From NCBI GenBank assembly GCA_034780895.1, contig JAUZTB010000074.1, positions 11,629,127-11,693,126 of the forward strand: a stretch of DNA of 64,000 nucleotides. Reading direction: 5' to 3'. Positions 51,200 through 62,935 of this stretch are shown in pieces (positions within the stretch are counted from its first letter, which is position 1; each line of letters starts with the position of its first letter). Below the pieces are notes generated by a model that was not told where the DNA came from, made no database searches, and worked only from the letters and a program-made list of their open reading frames with translations. Made by a program: the position numbers and the translations under genes. The DNA is from Rhynchobatus australiae. Its lineage: Eukaryota.

Positions 51200-51515
51200 T
51201 AACCGGAATACACGAGTCTGAATCCAAACGTGGCAACTGAGAGATTTAAATCCAACTAATTACACAAACAAAGAATCTTATTTTTTTAAATCTAGTCTCA
51301 ACAACTGTAATATTGTAAGAATTTCTCTAGTTCATTTTGTCTTTCAGGAAGGAAGTCTGAAGTCCTTACTTGTTTTGGCCTATGTGTGACTCCAGATCCA
51401 CCAGTAGATTTGTCTCTTAACTGCCCCCTAAAATACCCCAGCAAGCCACGAAGTTAAGGGACCATTTGGGGGTGGACACTAAACGCTAGCCTAGTCAGTG
51501 ATATAAATAAAAACA
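51200..51515 (+). mobile_element. Ancient elasmobranch SINE with LINE-derived tail
   Basis: ttcaggaaggaagtctg...ggcctatgtgtgactccagatcc...cttaactgccc...gcaagccac; related copies at about 55280-55520 (+) and 34570-34750 (-). Confidence 0.6.
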
Positions 51516-52404
51516 ATTCTCATTTTGGTAGAATATAGACCATCCATTGAATGGCAGGACAGTACTGAAGGGTTGAATAGCTGACGTCTCTTTTGTTATT
51601 GTCTTGGGCAGACTCTCTGTGATTGCATTTAGACATTCATCCTTCGTTATTCACACTCACCCCCTTCTCTGCATTCTGTCCTCCCGTGATTCAGACACCG
51701 TCTGCTCTGGAACTCTGCTAAAAACCATTCTGCCCTGCCAGCTCTCTCCACCTTCAGTGAGTTCAGCAGCTGCCATCTGCCTCATCACTTCCCCTAACTT
51801 TGCACCATAGCTTGCCATCCATTTCTCCATTATGAACTTCACAGTGTTAACGGCATTCCATCGGTGCAAGTTGTTGTGATGATATTAGCCAATACAGGAG
51901 CACCCGTTTTGTGATGAGTGAGGATTCTCACTTTGCTTCATGAGGTGTCATCCAATTTTGGAGGCTTGAGTGAAAATTCACAGCTGTTTAATCAATTTTA
52001 CAAATGTCATCAGTCAGCTTGGGCACCAGGCCATTGGCACATGTTTCACACTCAAGAACTTCTTTGTAAATACGATGCAACATTATGGCAGTGGTTGGCA
52101 CTTCCCAACTCTTCCTAGTATTTGCTTCTGGTGACAGACCCATCCTTAACATGACTCTTTGTTCCATCTAGAGGTCCGGTCTCCTTGAGCATAAAATTAA
52201 AACCTGACCCGACCGTGAGTGTTGTGAGTCTGGGTACTCAGAAAAATTTTTCCATATCTAACTCAGCCCACTTGAGAGGCATTTATCGAAATACAGAGGA
52301 AGAAAACTTGCTCTGCTGCACATTCATTGTGATTGGTTAAGAAGAGGAAGCATGAAGTAATACTAAGCAAATCTTCTTGACCTGGCCAAAGTGCCAAGGT
52401 GGAC

Positions 52405-52714
52405 TGGCATAGCAGAGCACCTAGTAGAGCTTCTGCCTCATGACTCCAGCGACCTGGGTTGAATCCTGACCTTCAGTACTGTCTGCGGAGTTTGCCTGTT
52501 CTCCCTACGACCATATGGGTTTTCCCCAGGTGCTGAAGTTTCCTCCCACATCCCAAAAACACGTGGGTTGGTAGGTTAATTGGCCACTGTAAATTGTGTA
52601 GGTGAGTGTTAGAATCTGGAAGATTTGATAGGAAAGTAATAAGAATAAAATGGGATTCGCGTAGCTTTGGTGTAACTTGATGCTTGATGATTGGCACAGA
52701 GTTGAAGGGTCTGT
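52405..52714 (+). mobile_element. V-SINE-like element with CR1-derived tail
   Basis: tagtagagcttctgcctca...gggttgaatcctgacc...gtttcctcccacatcccaaa...taattggccactgtaaattg; related copy at 57822-58145. Confidence 0.8.
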
Positions 52715-52975
52715 NNNNNNNNNNNNNNNNNNNNNNNNNNNNNNNNNNNNNNNNNNNNNNNNNNNNNNNNNNNNNNNNNNNNNNNNNNNNNNNNNNNNNN
52801 NNNNNNNNNNNNNNNNNNNNNNNNNNNNNNNNNNNNNNNNNNNNNNNNNNNNNNNNNNNNNNNNNNNNNNNNNNNNNNNNNNNNNNNNNNNNNNNNNNNN
52901 NNNNNNNNNNNNNNNNNNNNNNNNNNNNNNNNNNNNNNNNNNNNNNNNNNNNNNNNNNNNNNNNNNNNNNNNNNN

Positions 52976-53245
52976 GCCATAGACTTAAGGTAAGGGGTAA
53001 GAGTTTCAGAAGGGATATGAGGGGGACGTTTTTCACCCCATGAGTGGTACCTGCCAGAGACAGCGGTGGAAGGAGAGTAACTGACAGCATTTAAAAGGTG
53101 TCCTGATAAGCACTTGAATCACCCAGGCATTGAAGGCTATGGCCAAGTGATGGAAGATGGAAATAATAGGGATGGGTTCCCACAGGTTGGCGTGGACATG
53201 GTAGTCTGAATGGCCTGTTTCCATGCTGTATAACTCTATGAAACT
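52976..53245 (+). mobile_element. CR1 3' tail
   Basis: HRLKVRGKSFRRDMRGTFFT, then ggcctgtttccatgctgtataactctatg. Confidence 0.85.
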
Positions 53246-54699
53246 AAATGTCTTATCAGGATGTACACTTGACTCCATGTGACACATTTAGTCACATCTC
53301 ATCAGGCTCAGGTTAAGTAAACATGCTATCGTTAACACGAGGGATTAGTAAAGGGATCACAACCTTGTGTAATTATTGAGGTTTATGCAGTTAGAGAGAC
53401 TCAGGTTTGTTGGAGCTAATGAGGGAGACCTGCACTGTTGGTAATTAGTAAGAGGGACTTGGAGTTTTCTCTAATTATTAGGATATATATGGCAAAGGTT
53501 AATTGCCAAAGTTCCCCTAGTAAAATAGCTGCCAGAGGAGGTTTTATGCTGTTGATAGACAATGGGACAACACTGGATTTTGTTGAGGCACAGGTCTTCC
53601 CAAAGCTCTCCACAATTTATTTGCTAACAGCATGATTTGGAACAGGGCCATGGCTGGTAGGGAAAACTTTGTGAATATTGCAGAACAGTAGATGATTGGA
53701 GTTGCTGTTTTAAAGTGAGTAACAACTTTAATTGTTGGGATTCAGAAATAAATCGTTTATTTAAAATGTCACAGTCAGCAAGGCAGTTTTCTGGTTAAAG
53801 GATGCCTTGGTCAATGCATACATACTGAGATTCTGGAGATTAATTTTTGTCTCATGAACTGTTACCCCATTTAAAATTTGCACTGATGTCAATACAACAC
53901 AGCCCTTTCCTACAAAAATCACAGCATTTGGTAGGTAAACTGAAGAATTAAACTGACAGTATACCAAACACACTTCAAGGAATTAACTCATGAAGAGTGA
54001 TGATAGATATAAAGAAGGCAAAAGGGATTATATTTTCTTTTAATGTTGAGTTAAGAGGAGAAATTCCAGTGAGAAACGCGTGTATATTTTTGCAAAGACT
54101 GTTTGTTGTAGAGTGTAGACCTCAGTCAATCATTTGCCGCACAGGAGCAGAAACTCACAGTGGAGTAGGTGTCAGTCAGAGTAATTGCTCTGCTGCATAT
54201 CTTATGCAGATTAAACAGAAACTGTTCACAGCCTACACATTGATTGTCTTTCACTTCTGTAATGGCTCAGGCTTCAGTGCCTGAGGCCATGGATATCTGT
54301 GCTTCAATCCTCGCCTGCCAAAAATACATCAATGCTTTTTTTCAAGGTTGCACAGCATTGCTAATGTACCTTCACCAATGATCTATATTATATAGAAAAA
54401 CTGCGTCTGATGACTGGATAGACCCAGGGAAAAAGATCTATCCAGCTAGATCCTTCAGGGATACAACTTACCAACTTTGTGTCTTCACTTCCTGAAAGAC
54501 ATCAATTCCTTGCAATGACAGGAACAGATTGGTCTCATTTAATACTAAATGATAATGACAATAACTTTCATATAAGTAGCAGCTTTAATATGACCAAGAC
54601 TTCTAATGGTGCTTAACAGGATTTAATCAAACAAAACATTCGAGTTCACCCACAAAAGGATATGCTTGAGCCTATGACCAAAAGCTTGGTCAACTCCAG

Positions 54700-54990
54700 C
54701 AGGCATAGTACTGTAGCAGCTAGCGTAACGCTTTACAGTGCCAGCGACTTGCGTTCAATTCCGGCCTCTGTCATTAAGGAGTTTGTACGTTCTCCCTGTG
54801 TCTGTGTGGGTTTTCTCTGGGTGCACCAGTTTCCTCCCACATTCCAAAGACGTACAGGTTAGGAAGTTGTGGGCGTGCTATGTTGGCGCCAGAAGTGTGG
54901 CGACACTTGNNNNNNNNNNNNNNNNNNNNNNNNNNNTTTCACTGTGCGTTTCGATGTTCATGTGACTAATAAAGAGATCTTATCTTGTCC
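54700..54990 (+). mobile_element. tRNA-derived SINE, nearly complete
   Basis: A/B-box head, V-domain-like core, tail gtgactaataaagagatcttatctt; same family as 5897. Confidence 0.88.
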
Positions 54991-55874
54991 TTAAGGATAA
55001 AAGATAGGTGGAGAGGTGGATGGGTTTAGGGACGGGATTTCACAAAGGGTCATGGCAACTGAAGGCACAGTACCCACAAAGGAGCAATTAAATTTCAGAA
55101 AATCCTGAGGCCAGAATTGCTGTGTTATGGGGCTGGAAGAAATTTCAGAGATAAAGAGGAATGAGACTACGGACTGATTCAAAAAAAAAGGAATTGAGGT
55201 ATTGATTAATTGAGAACCAGCCCCAAATGGTTAGATAATGTATACCGTGGTATTGTGCTTAAGTTGCTAAAGGAACATTCAGGGGCTTGCACTATTGAAT
55301 CTGGGTCATGAGTTTAAATCCCAACATGGTAGCTGGTGACTGTCAATCTAGTTAATTCAATACATTTAAATGAAACAGCTGATATCATTGATGATAATTA
55401 TAAAACCATCAGATTGGCATACAATCTGGTTCACGAATGTCCCACACATGCCCCTAATATGGTCGACTCTCTGAAATGGGTTAGCAAAACATTCTGTTCC
55501 ACTGGGGATAGACAATGAATATAGACAGACCAGTACCATCCACAACCCATGAACAAACAAATAAATAAAGGATTAAAATGATTTTCAGCTAATTTAAAAT
55601 GTGACTGCTGGTAATGTACATCACCAAAGAACTGATGGCAGTGAAGCTGATTCTCTATTTCTCTATTGAGATCATTGTAAAGAAAGCCTGTGCCTCGGCA
55701 GCAGCTCTCTTCACCCCCACACGCGCTGTAAGTTTCCAGACTGTCCATGCCATACTGATTGAACAGAAATACCCTACAACTAAAAGGTTGAAAAGATTGA
55801 AGAGATTGCTTTTGGACCCCTTTGCAAACTTGGTTCCCCAGCCTCTTACTGCATCCTTCGCTCTGGCAGCCATC

Positions 55875-56336
55875 TAAAACTCAGCCAGACTATTCTCAAT
55901 CTTGGTGTCACACTTGATCACGAAGTGATGATCAGCCCACATACCTGCATCATCACTGTGACCACCTTTTTCTATCTCAGTAGCATCACTTGATTAGCTT
56001 CTGCTGCACCTAATCTACTGCTGAAACCTTTCTTGGCCTTCTTATCATCAGACCTGACTATTCCAATATATTGCAGACTGGCTTCCCTTGTTATGTTCTT
56101 TGTAAATTTGAAGTCACGCAAAGCTCTGCTACCCTGTCCAAACATGCATTGTTCCATTTGCCATCATCCCTCCCCTGCTGGCCAGTGTGCTGCACACATT
56201 AATTCAGATGTACAAAATATTATAGTCTCCTCCCATTGTCTCACCCTACAACCCTCCTCAAGTTCTGTTGCCTGATCCATGAAATCAATTGGCCCCCATT
56301 AGCAGTTATGCCTTTGGCTGCAAGGCCCTAAGCACT
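55875..56336 (+). mobile_element. Degraded L2-like LINE
   Basis: aatcttggtgtc (NLGV), gctgaaacc (AET), agacctgactattccaat (R.DYSN). Confidence 0.65.
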
Positions 56337-56561
56337 GGAGACACAAGAGACTGCAGATACTGGAATCTGGAGCAACATACAACCTGCTGGACAAACTCAT
56401 CAGGTTGAACAGCATCTGTGGGTGGAAAAGAATGGACGATGTTTCGGGTTGAAGCTCTGCATCAGGACTGAGCAGAGTTTCGACGCAAAGTGTCGACCAT
56501 TCCTTTCCTCCCACAGATGCTGCTTGACCCGCTGAGTTCCTCCAGCAGATTGTTTGTTGCC
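56337..56561. mobile_element. Penelope-like palindromic element (about 95-bp inverted arms)
   Basis: gcaacatacaacctgctggacaaactca...cagcatctgtggg pairs with cccacagatgctg...tgagttcctccagcagattgtttgttgc; minus-strand centre CTGATGC...CCCGAAACATC. Confidence 0.8.
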
Positions 56562-56989
56562 TGAAGCACTGGAAATCCCTCCCAAAACTCATCCAATCTC
56601 CACCTCTCTTTTCTTCTTTAGAATGGTCATTAAAGCCCAAAACTGTCACCAAGCCCTCATCCGCCATAATTTTTCCCTATATTGCTCAGCACTGATTTTG
56701 TTTTGCATACAACGACCTTCTAAAACACCTTTAAAATGGTTTCTGCTATGGTAAGGATGCTATTTATAAGTGGGGGTTGGAGGTTGCTGTTGTTTTTGTA
56801 CCAGGAAAGGCTTGCCCTTACCCTGATCTCAGAAATAGGGCATCTTGTGAATTTATTAATAATTCTAAACAAGATATTTTATCCTTTATCTTCTTTTGTT
56901 TCATTCTCATGGCTGCTCATATGTTTAAATCTTTCTCAATACAAGGCAAAATTAATGTATCCTTGAAAGAAGAAAATGAAGTAAAGATA

Positions 56990-57792
56990 TGAGTTGTCCT
57001 GGGCCCAACACATAGGTGCTGTGATAAGGAAGGCGTGCCAGCATCTTTTCTTTCTTAGGAGATTAAGGAGGTTCGGCTTATCACCAAACACTTCAAAAAA
57101 CTTCTACAGATCTAATGTTGAAGTATCCTGACTGTTTGCATCATGGTCTGGTATGACAATTCGAATGCATAGGAACATGAGAAGCTACAGAGAGCAGTGG
57201 ACTCTGCACAATACATCACGGGCATATCCCTCCCCACCATTGGTAGTATCTACAGGAGGCGCTGCCTCAAGAAGGCAACATCCATCATCAAAGATCCCCA
57301 CCNNNNNNNNNNNNNNNNNNNNNNNNNNNNNNNNNNNNNNNNNNNNNNNNNNNNNNNNNNNNNNNNNNNNNNNNNNNNNNNNNNNNNNNNNNNNNNNNNN
57401 NNCAAAGATCCCCACCATCTGGGCCATGCCATCTTTTTGCAGCTACCATCAGGCAGGAGGTACAGAAGCCTGAAGTCCCACACCAGCAAGTTCAAGTGCA
57501 GCTACTTCCATTCAACCATTTGGTTCTTGAACCAACCAGCAAAACCCTAATCACCACTACAGTTTAGCAACACTATGACCACTTTGCATTAAAATAGACT
57601 TTATTTTGTTCTAATTGTGTTTTTTCTTGTAAAAATTGTGTATAGTTTATGTTTAATTGATATTTTTCTTGTGAATGCTGCTTATATTATGCTATGTGCC
57701 TGTGATACTGCTGCAAGTAAGTTTTTCATTGCACCTAGGCACACATGTATTTGTGCAAATGACAGTAAACTCGACTTTGACTTGGACTTTGA
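56990..57792 (+). mobile_element. Rex1/Babar-type LINE 3' 0.8 kb
   Basis: SWAQH...FFLRRLRRFGLS; DSAQYITGISLPTIGSIYRRRCLKKATSIIKDPHHLGHAIFLQLPSGRRYRSLKSHT; tail ctcgactttgacttggacttt. Confidence 0.9.
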
Positions 57793-57821
57793 GTTGATAA
57801 GGAGGTGAGAGGATTAATTAT

Positions 57822-58145
57822 CTGGCATAGCTAGTAGAGCTACTGCCTCACAGCTCCACCAACTAAGGTTCAGTACCCACCTCCAGTGTCATCTATGTGG
57901 GGTTTGCATGTTCTCCCCGTGACTGGATAGGTTTTCTGTGAGTGTTCCAGTTTCCTGCCACATATCAAAATTGTACAGGTCAGTAGGGTATTTAGCTGCT
58001 GTAACTTGCCCCAAGTGTGCAGATGAGTGGCACAATCTGGCGGGAATTGATGGGGATTAGTGTAGGATTAGTGTAAATGGGTGCTTGATGGTTGGTGCAA
58101 ACTAGTTGGGCTGAAAGGCTCGTTTCCGTGCTTGATGTATCTATA
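57822..58145 (+). mobile_element. V-SINE-like element
   Basis: ctagtagagctactgcctcacagctcc...gtttgcatgttctccccgtgact...gtaaatgggtgcttgatgg. Confidence 0.75.
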
Positions 58146-58954
58146 ATTTGCATATCATAATTTGCAGTAAAGTATTCTTAATATGGTGAGTGTTAATATT
58201 TATATATATTTTTGTGGAACATTTTGTTGCTGTTTTTCCTCATTATTCCTCTATTAGTTGTTTATTCTTCAATGTTTGATTGTTGCGATACTCTGCAGCT
58301 GATAATGAACCTGTGGGTCCACTAACCAAATGTTTTAACAAGAGATTTCTCTGTTATCCTGGGCACATTACCAACAATTGCCTAGAAATTAGGGGATTGA
58401 TGGTAAACCAAAGGCTGTGAAAGAGCTAAGGTTTGCTCCTGAGAGCAACCTAAAGCACGGAGGCCAAATTTGTCTAGAGCCAATAGGGCAACTGAGAGTG
58501 TAAATGAAGTAGAGGATTCAGCTACTTCTTCTTGGAAGGATGTCTTCGGTCTCGAATGAGAATGAAATCAGCATAACCTTAGTATTTTCAGGGAATACAG
58601 TTTTGGGACTCCATAGNNNNNNNNNNNNNNAGCACATCAGGCCAGAACAGAGACTAACCTTGGTCACTGCAGCTTCTAATTTACCCATGCTTGGCTCCAT
58701 CACATTGCTCTCTCTTACTTCATTGATAGCAAATTTTCTAATCTCTGAATAAAAGATAAGAATTTGACGCTCGGTCTGGGTTTCATTCTTCATTTCTCTA
58801 TACATGGAGAAAAGGATAAAATTAGGCAGAGATCCCTGCAATAATCCAAAGGCTTTGTATTGGTCAGAAAAGTGAAGATTACCTGGCTGCTGGGATACAT
58901 ACTTCAGAATAGACATTGAACAGGAAAATCTGTTTAATCCCAACCAGTTAAAAA

Positions 58955-59385
58955 GAAAGACTTGCATTTATATATCACCCTTCAGGTCCCTTTCAGGATG
59001 TCCTCAAGCCAATGAAGTACATTTTAAATTTTAGTCATTGTTGTAATCCAGAACACATAGCAACCAAATACATAGTAAGGTCCCAAAACAGCATTGTGAT
59101 ATTTACCAATTTTTATTAGTGAAGTTGGTTAAGGGAAAATACTAGTCAAGACATAACGGATAACCCTCCTGTTCTTGACCAAGTTCAAGCTGAGGATCCT
59201 TTACATCAACCTGGGAAATCAAATGGAGAATATTTTGTAATGTTTCACCCAAAGGGCAGCACNNNCAACAATGCAGTAGTTCCTCAGTCCGGCAGAGAAG
59301 TGCAAACCCAGACTGCTTGCTCAGATTTTTAGAGTGGGACTTGAACCCACAACCTTTTGACTTAGAAACAGGAGTGCAAAGAAAT
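58955..59385 (-). mobile_element. Deu-domain SINE (SacSINE1-like), near full length
   Basis: Reversed tail gacttgcatttatat, core caggatgtcc...gccaatgaagta...aacagcattgtgat, tRNA-like head gagtgggacttgaacccacaacc. Confidence 0.75.
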
Positions 59386-59399
59386 ATTTGGTGAATCAG

Positions 59400-59920
59400 G
59401 GCATGAAAATAAAAGAAGACGGTAGTTGCTACCTGGTCACTCAAGTCTGCCCCGCCAATTAATATGACCATGGCAGATCTATCCCAGGCCTCAACACCTC
59501 CTTTGTGTCAGATTCCTTTAGCTTTCAATCCCCCAATCTTTCAAAAATTTATCTACCTCCACTTTAAATACTTCTAATGGGCTATCCTTCACAATTCTCT
59601 GAGGCAGAAAATTCAAGAATTTCACCATTCTCTGCAAGAAGAGATTTCTATATACCTCCATTTCCTTAAGGTCCCAACCTGTTTAATCTCTTGACAGGAC
59701 AATCTTCTCATCCCCAGAATTCTTATGCACTGCCTCCAATGCTACTATATCCTTTCTTTAGATGAGGGGACCAAAACTGTGCGCAGNNNNNNNNNNNNNN
59801 NNNNNNNNNNNNNNNNNNNNNNNNNNNNNNNNNNNNNNNNNNNNNNNNNNNNNNNNNNNNNNNNNNNNNNNNNNNNNNNNNNNNNNCTTTAGATGAGGGG
59901 ACCAAAACTGTGCGCAGTCC
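59400..59920 (-). mobile_element. CR1 3' fragment
   Basis: Minus-strand CAQFWSPHLKK; tail tctgccccgccaattaatatgaccatggc. Confidence 0.75.
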
Positions 59921-61139
59921 TCTTGCTGTAGACCCTCTGCTCTCTGGGCTGCTGATTCCTGTCTGCTGCAGGGAAGTATAACACATTATTATCTCAATTT
60001 TTCTACCTAAAAAGATAAAAGAATTGCATTTATGAAACTTCTTTCACAACTAGTAGATGTTCTAAGGTGTTAATGGTCAGTGTTGTTTTATGAAGTGGAA
60101 TCACCATGTGTTTGAGGTGGAAGTTGGATTTCTTGTCCTCAGTTAAAGCATGGTTAGGACCATTAGGTGCTCGATAGCCAGGTGGGTTTCCCATGGTTGG
60201 CTGAAGGTGGCATGTCAGTGGGTATAATGTAGCTCTTTTTATTCTTTCATGGGATGTGAGCATCTTGTCAAGACTGGCATTTATTGGCCATCCCTAGGGA
60301 AACATGGACTACTGCAATCTGTGCATCATGCAATCAAGTCATGAATAGAAGAACATTGACAGCAATGCCAGAGCCATGTGATTGTAATAGATACAACACT
60401 TTGAACATGCCACCACTGGGGACCCTGCCTGTGGGAGCCCTGTCTGCTGTTAGCCTTGTCTGGCTGGTGCTCCATCTGCTGGGAGTACATCTACTGGAAG
60501 CCCTATCTTCTGGCCACCCTATTTCTTTTATTGCCTTGTGGAAAATGATGACACACTGTCCTCTGTCTGTTGCCATTATCCCTTTTGTGTAATAGCCACA
60601 GAAGACAACCTGGGCAGAACAGGATTTAGCACTCAGGATCTTGGCAGCAAATGTGAAACTCATGAATAACCATGCTTTGCATTGAAGATGTGGCTCTAGA
60701 TTGTGTTCAGAATACGTGGGTGGCCAGATATGAATAGGTGGGGGTGTATTTTTTTACATTACAATTGTCCTTTGATATATGGGGGAAGATAACATTTTGT
60801 TTTGTATTTAATTAAATTATTTGTCATTAGCATTACTGTCACGTTATGTTCATCCACAGCACACTGTGTCAGTTGAAAGGCTCTAATTAATCCAACAGGT
60901 TTATATGGCAAGTGGCATTTTCACATGATTTGTCTGTCAGTGTTTAAGAGNNNNNNNNNNNNNNNNNNNNNNNNNNNNNNNNNNNNNNNNNNNNNNNNNN
61001 NNNNNNNNNNNNNNNNNNNNNNNNNNNNNNNNNNNNNNNNNNNNNNNNNNGGTGTCATTGTTTTCAGATTTAGAAAACAAAATATTAGTCTGGTGTCCAT
61101 TTCCAGTGATATGCTGGAGAGTTTGTGGACATAGCGTGT

Positions 61140-61790
61140 TGATGAGACAGGACCTACTTCCTGTCAGGAGCCTCCTTATTTAAAGTTGCCATTGCCTTCA
61201 GTACACCAACACAGCCTTTGGCCATCTGAAGAAAAGGATGTTTGAAGATCAAGACTTCAAACTTGGCACAAAACTGATTGTTTACAAGGCCAGAGGTGAT
61301 CTCTTCCCTCCTAGATGCTTCTGAGTTTTGGTCTATCTACAGCAGACACCTCAAAGCTCTGGAGAGATACCACAAAATACTCCAAGTCCACCTTCAAGAT
61401 AAACAAACCGACATTAGCATCCTCTACAAGGACATCATCCCCAGCATTTAGGCTCTGAAGAGTTTACCAGGTAGACAGAGGAAAAGGTTCAAGAATAACC
61501 TCAAAATCTCCTTGGGAAAAATGCTGCACCCCACCTCACTCCTGGAGCTCCCGGGTCCATGACCATTAGGAATGGCAATGTGAAGCTTGAGTCCATGAAT
61601 GGGGAGCATATAGAAACCCATCATAAATGGCGGAAAGCACAGATGGATCACAAATTTCCTGTCTCATTAAACATCTCCTGCTCCACCTGCGGTTCCCACA
61701 TTGGCATCATCAATCATGTCAGAATCCTCAGAACTATCATGGAAGCAAGCCTTCTTTGATCCCGAGGGGCTGCCCAAGAAAAAGGAGTGC
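61140..61790 (+). mobile_element. RTE-clade LINE 3' region
   Basis: AFGHLKKRMFEDQD..LGTKLIVYKA, RHLKALERYH, terminal CSTCGSHIGIINHVRI; same family as 30945-33860. Confidence 0.85.
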
Positions 61791-62032
61791 AGATAGGATG
61801 AGCCCCACCTCTCATTAAAGGCTCTAATTAATCCAGCAGGTTTATATGGCAAGTGGCATTTTCACATGATTTGTCTGTCAGTGTTTAAGAGCTCAATTGT
61901 TGGGAATTTGTGCTTATAGGGAACAGATTACTTGATGTAAATAGGCACTAGTTTAAGACTATGCAAAATAGAACATTATAAAGTTACTTGCGGCTCTTCT
62001 GTAAGAGAACAATCCTTGAAAGGATTCAAACT

Positions 62033-62380
62033 TAAGAACATAAGAAACAGGAAAAGGAAAAGGCCCTGAAGCTGCTCCACCATTCAATAAGATAATTGCT
62101 GATCTTTTCCCTCAAAACCATCTTCCCGCACTGTTCCCATACATACCTTGACTCCTCTCATATCCTGAAATCTATTGATTTTGAAAGCAGTCTATGACTG
62201 AGTCTCCACACCCCTCTGTGGTAAGGAATTCTAAAGGTTCTTCATCCTCCTAATGAAGGAATTTCTCCTCATTTCATTCCTAATGGTCCATCCCACATCT
62301 TGAGGCTGTAATCATTAATGCCAAAATGCTTAGGCAGAGGAAATATCCTCCCCACTTCAGACCTAAGGAATCCATTCAAT
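62033..62380 (-). mobile_element. CR1 3' tail
   Basis: taagaacataagaaacagga...ctgctccaccattcaataagat...gaaggaatttctcctcat. Confidence 0.8.
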
Positions 62381-62559
62381 ATCTATTGTTCAAAAAAGCT
62401 AAGGCTCAAGGACAGCCATTAAGTGCTTGTGGAGTTCATGAGAGAGATTCTAAACAGCATCTCAAGGATCTGAATACAGATTAGTCCAGCGCTTGATTGC
62501 TAGTAGCTGACTGCTTTTCTGGCCTGTCTCTTATCTTCCACCTTACGAACTTTTCCACA

Positions 62560-62935
62560 CATCCAGAGTTCAGCCTCCCATGCTCTAACGCAGACCAAGA
62601 TTTTTTCACTCACTCTCCATGTTCGCTGACCTTCATCGACTACCTATTCAGCAGCACTTTGAAAATTTAAAGTTCTCATCCTTGTATCCAAAGGCCTCCT
62701 ACCTCGGTAATCTCCTCCAACCATGCAACCTTCAAAAGTCTTGGTGTTCCTCCAATTCTGTCCTCCTGCTGCTTCCCGATTACCAACTTCCAAGCATTGG
62801 TGATGATGCCTTCAGCTGTCTTGAACCTCAGCTGTGCAATTTGCTCCTTAACTCCTTCCACCTGTCTATCTCATCCTCCTCTGCTCTGGTCAAGAGGATG
62901 ATCATCTCACCTGATCTCCTCATATGCTTTGGTGG
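62560..62935 (+). mobile_element. L2-like LINE 3' fragment
   Basis: MFADLHRLP...YLGNLLQP...IGDDAFSCLEPQLCNLL resembles L2 LADLHWLP...IGGRAFS..GPKLWNSL. Confidence 0.7.

Noticed and set aside
2971-59916. Short direct repeats flanking 100-N gaps (2977, 22661, 29510, 33655, 57303, 59787)
   Set aside because: Overlapping contig ends joined by placeholder gaps: assembly artefacts, not target-site duplications.
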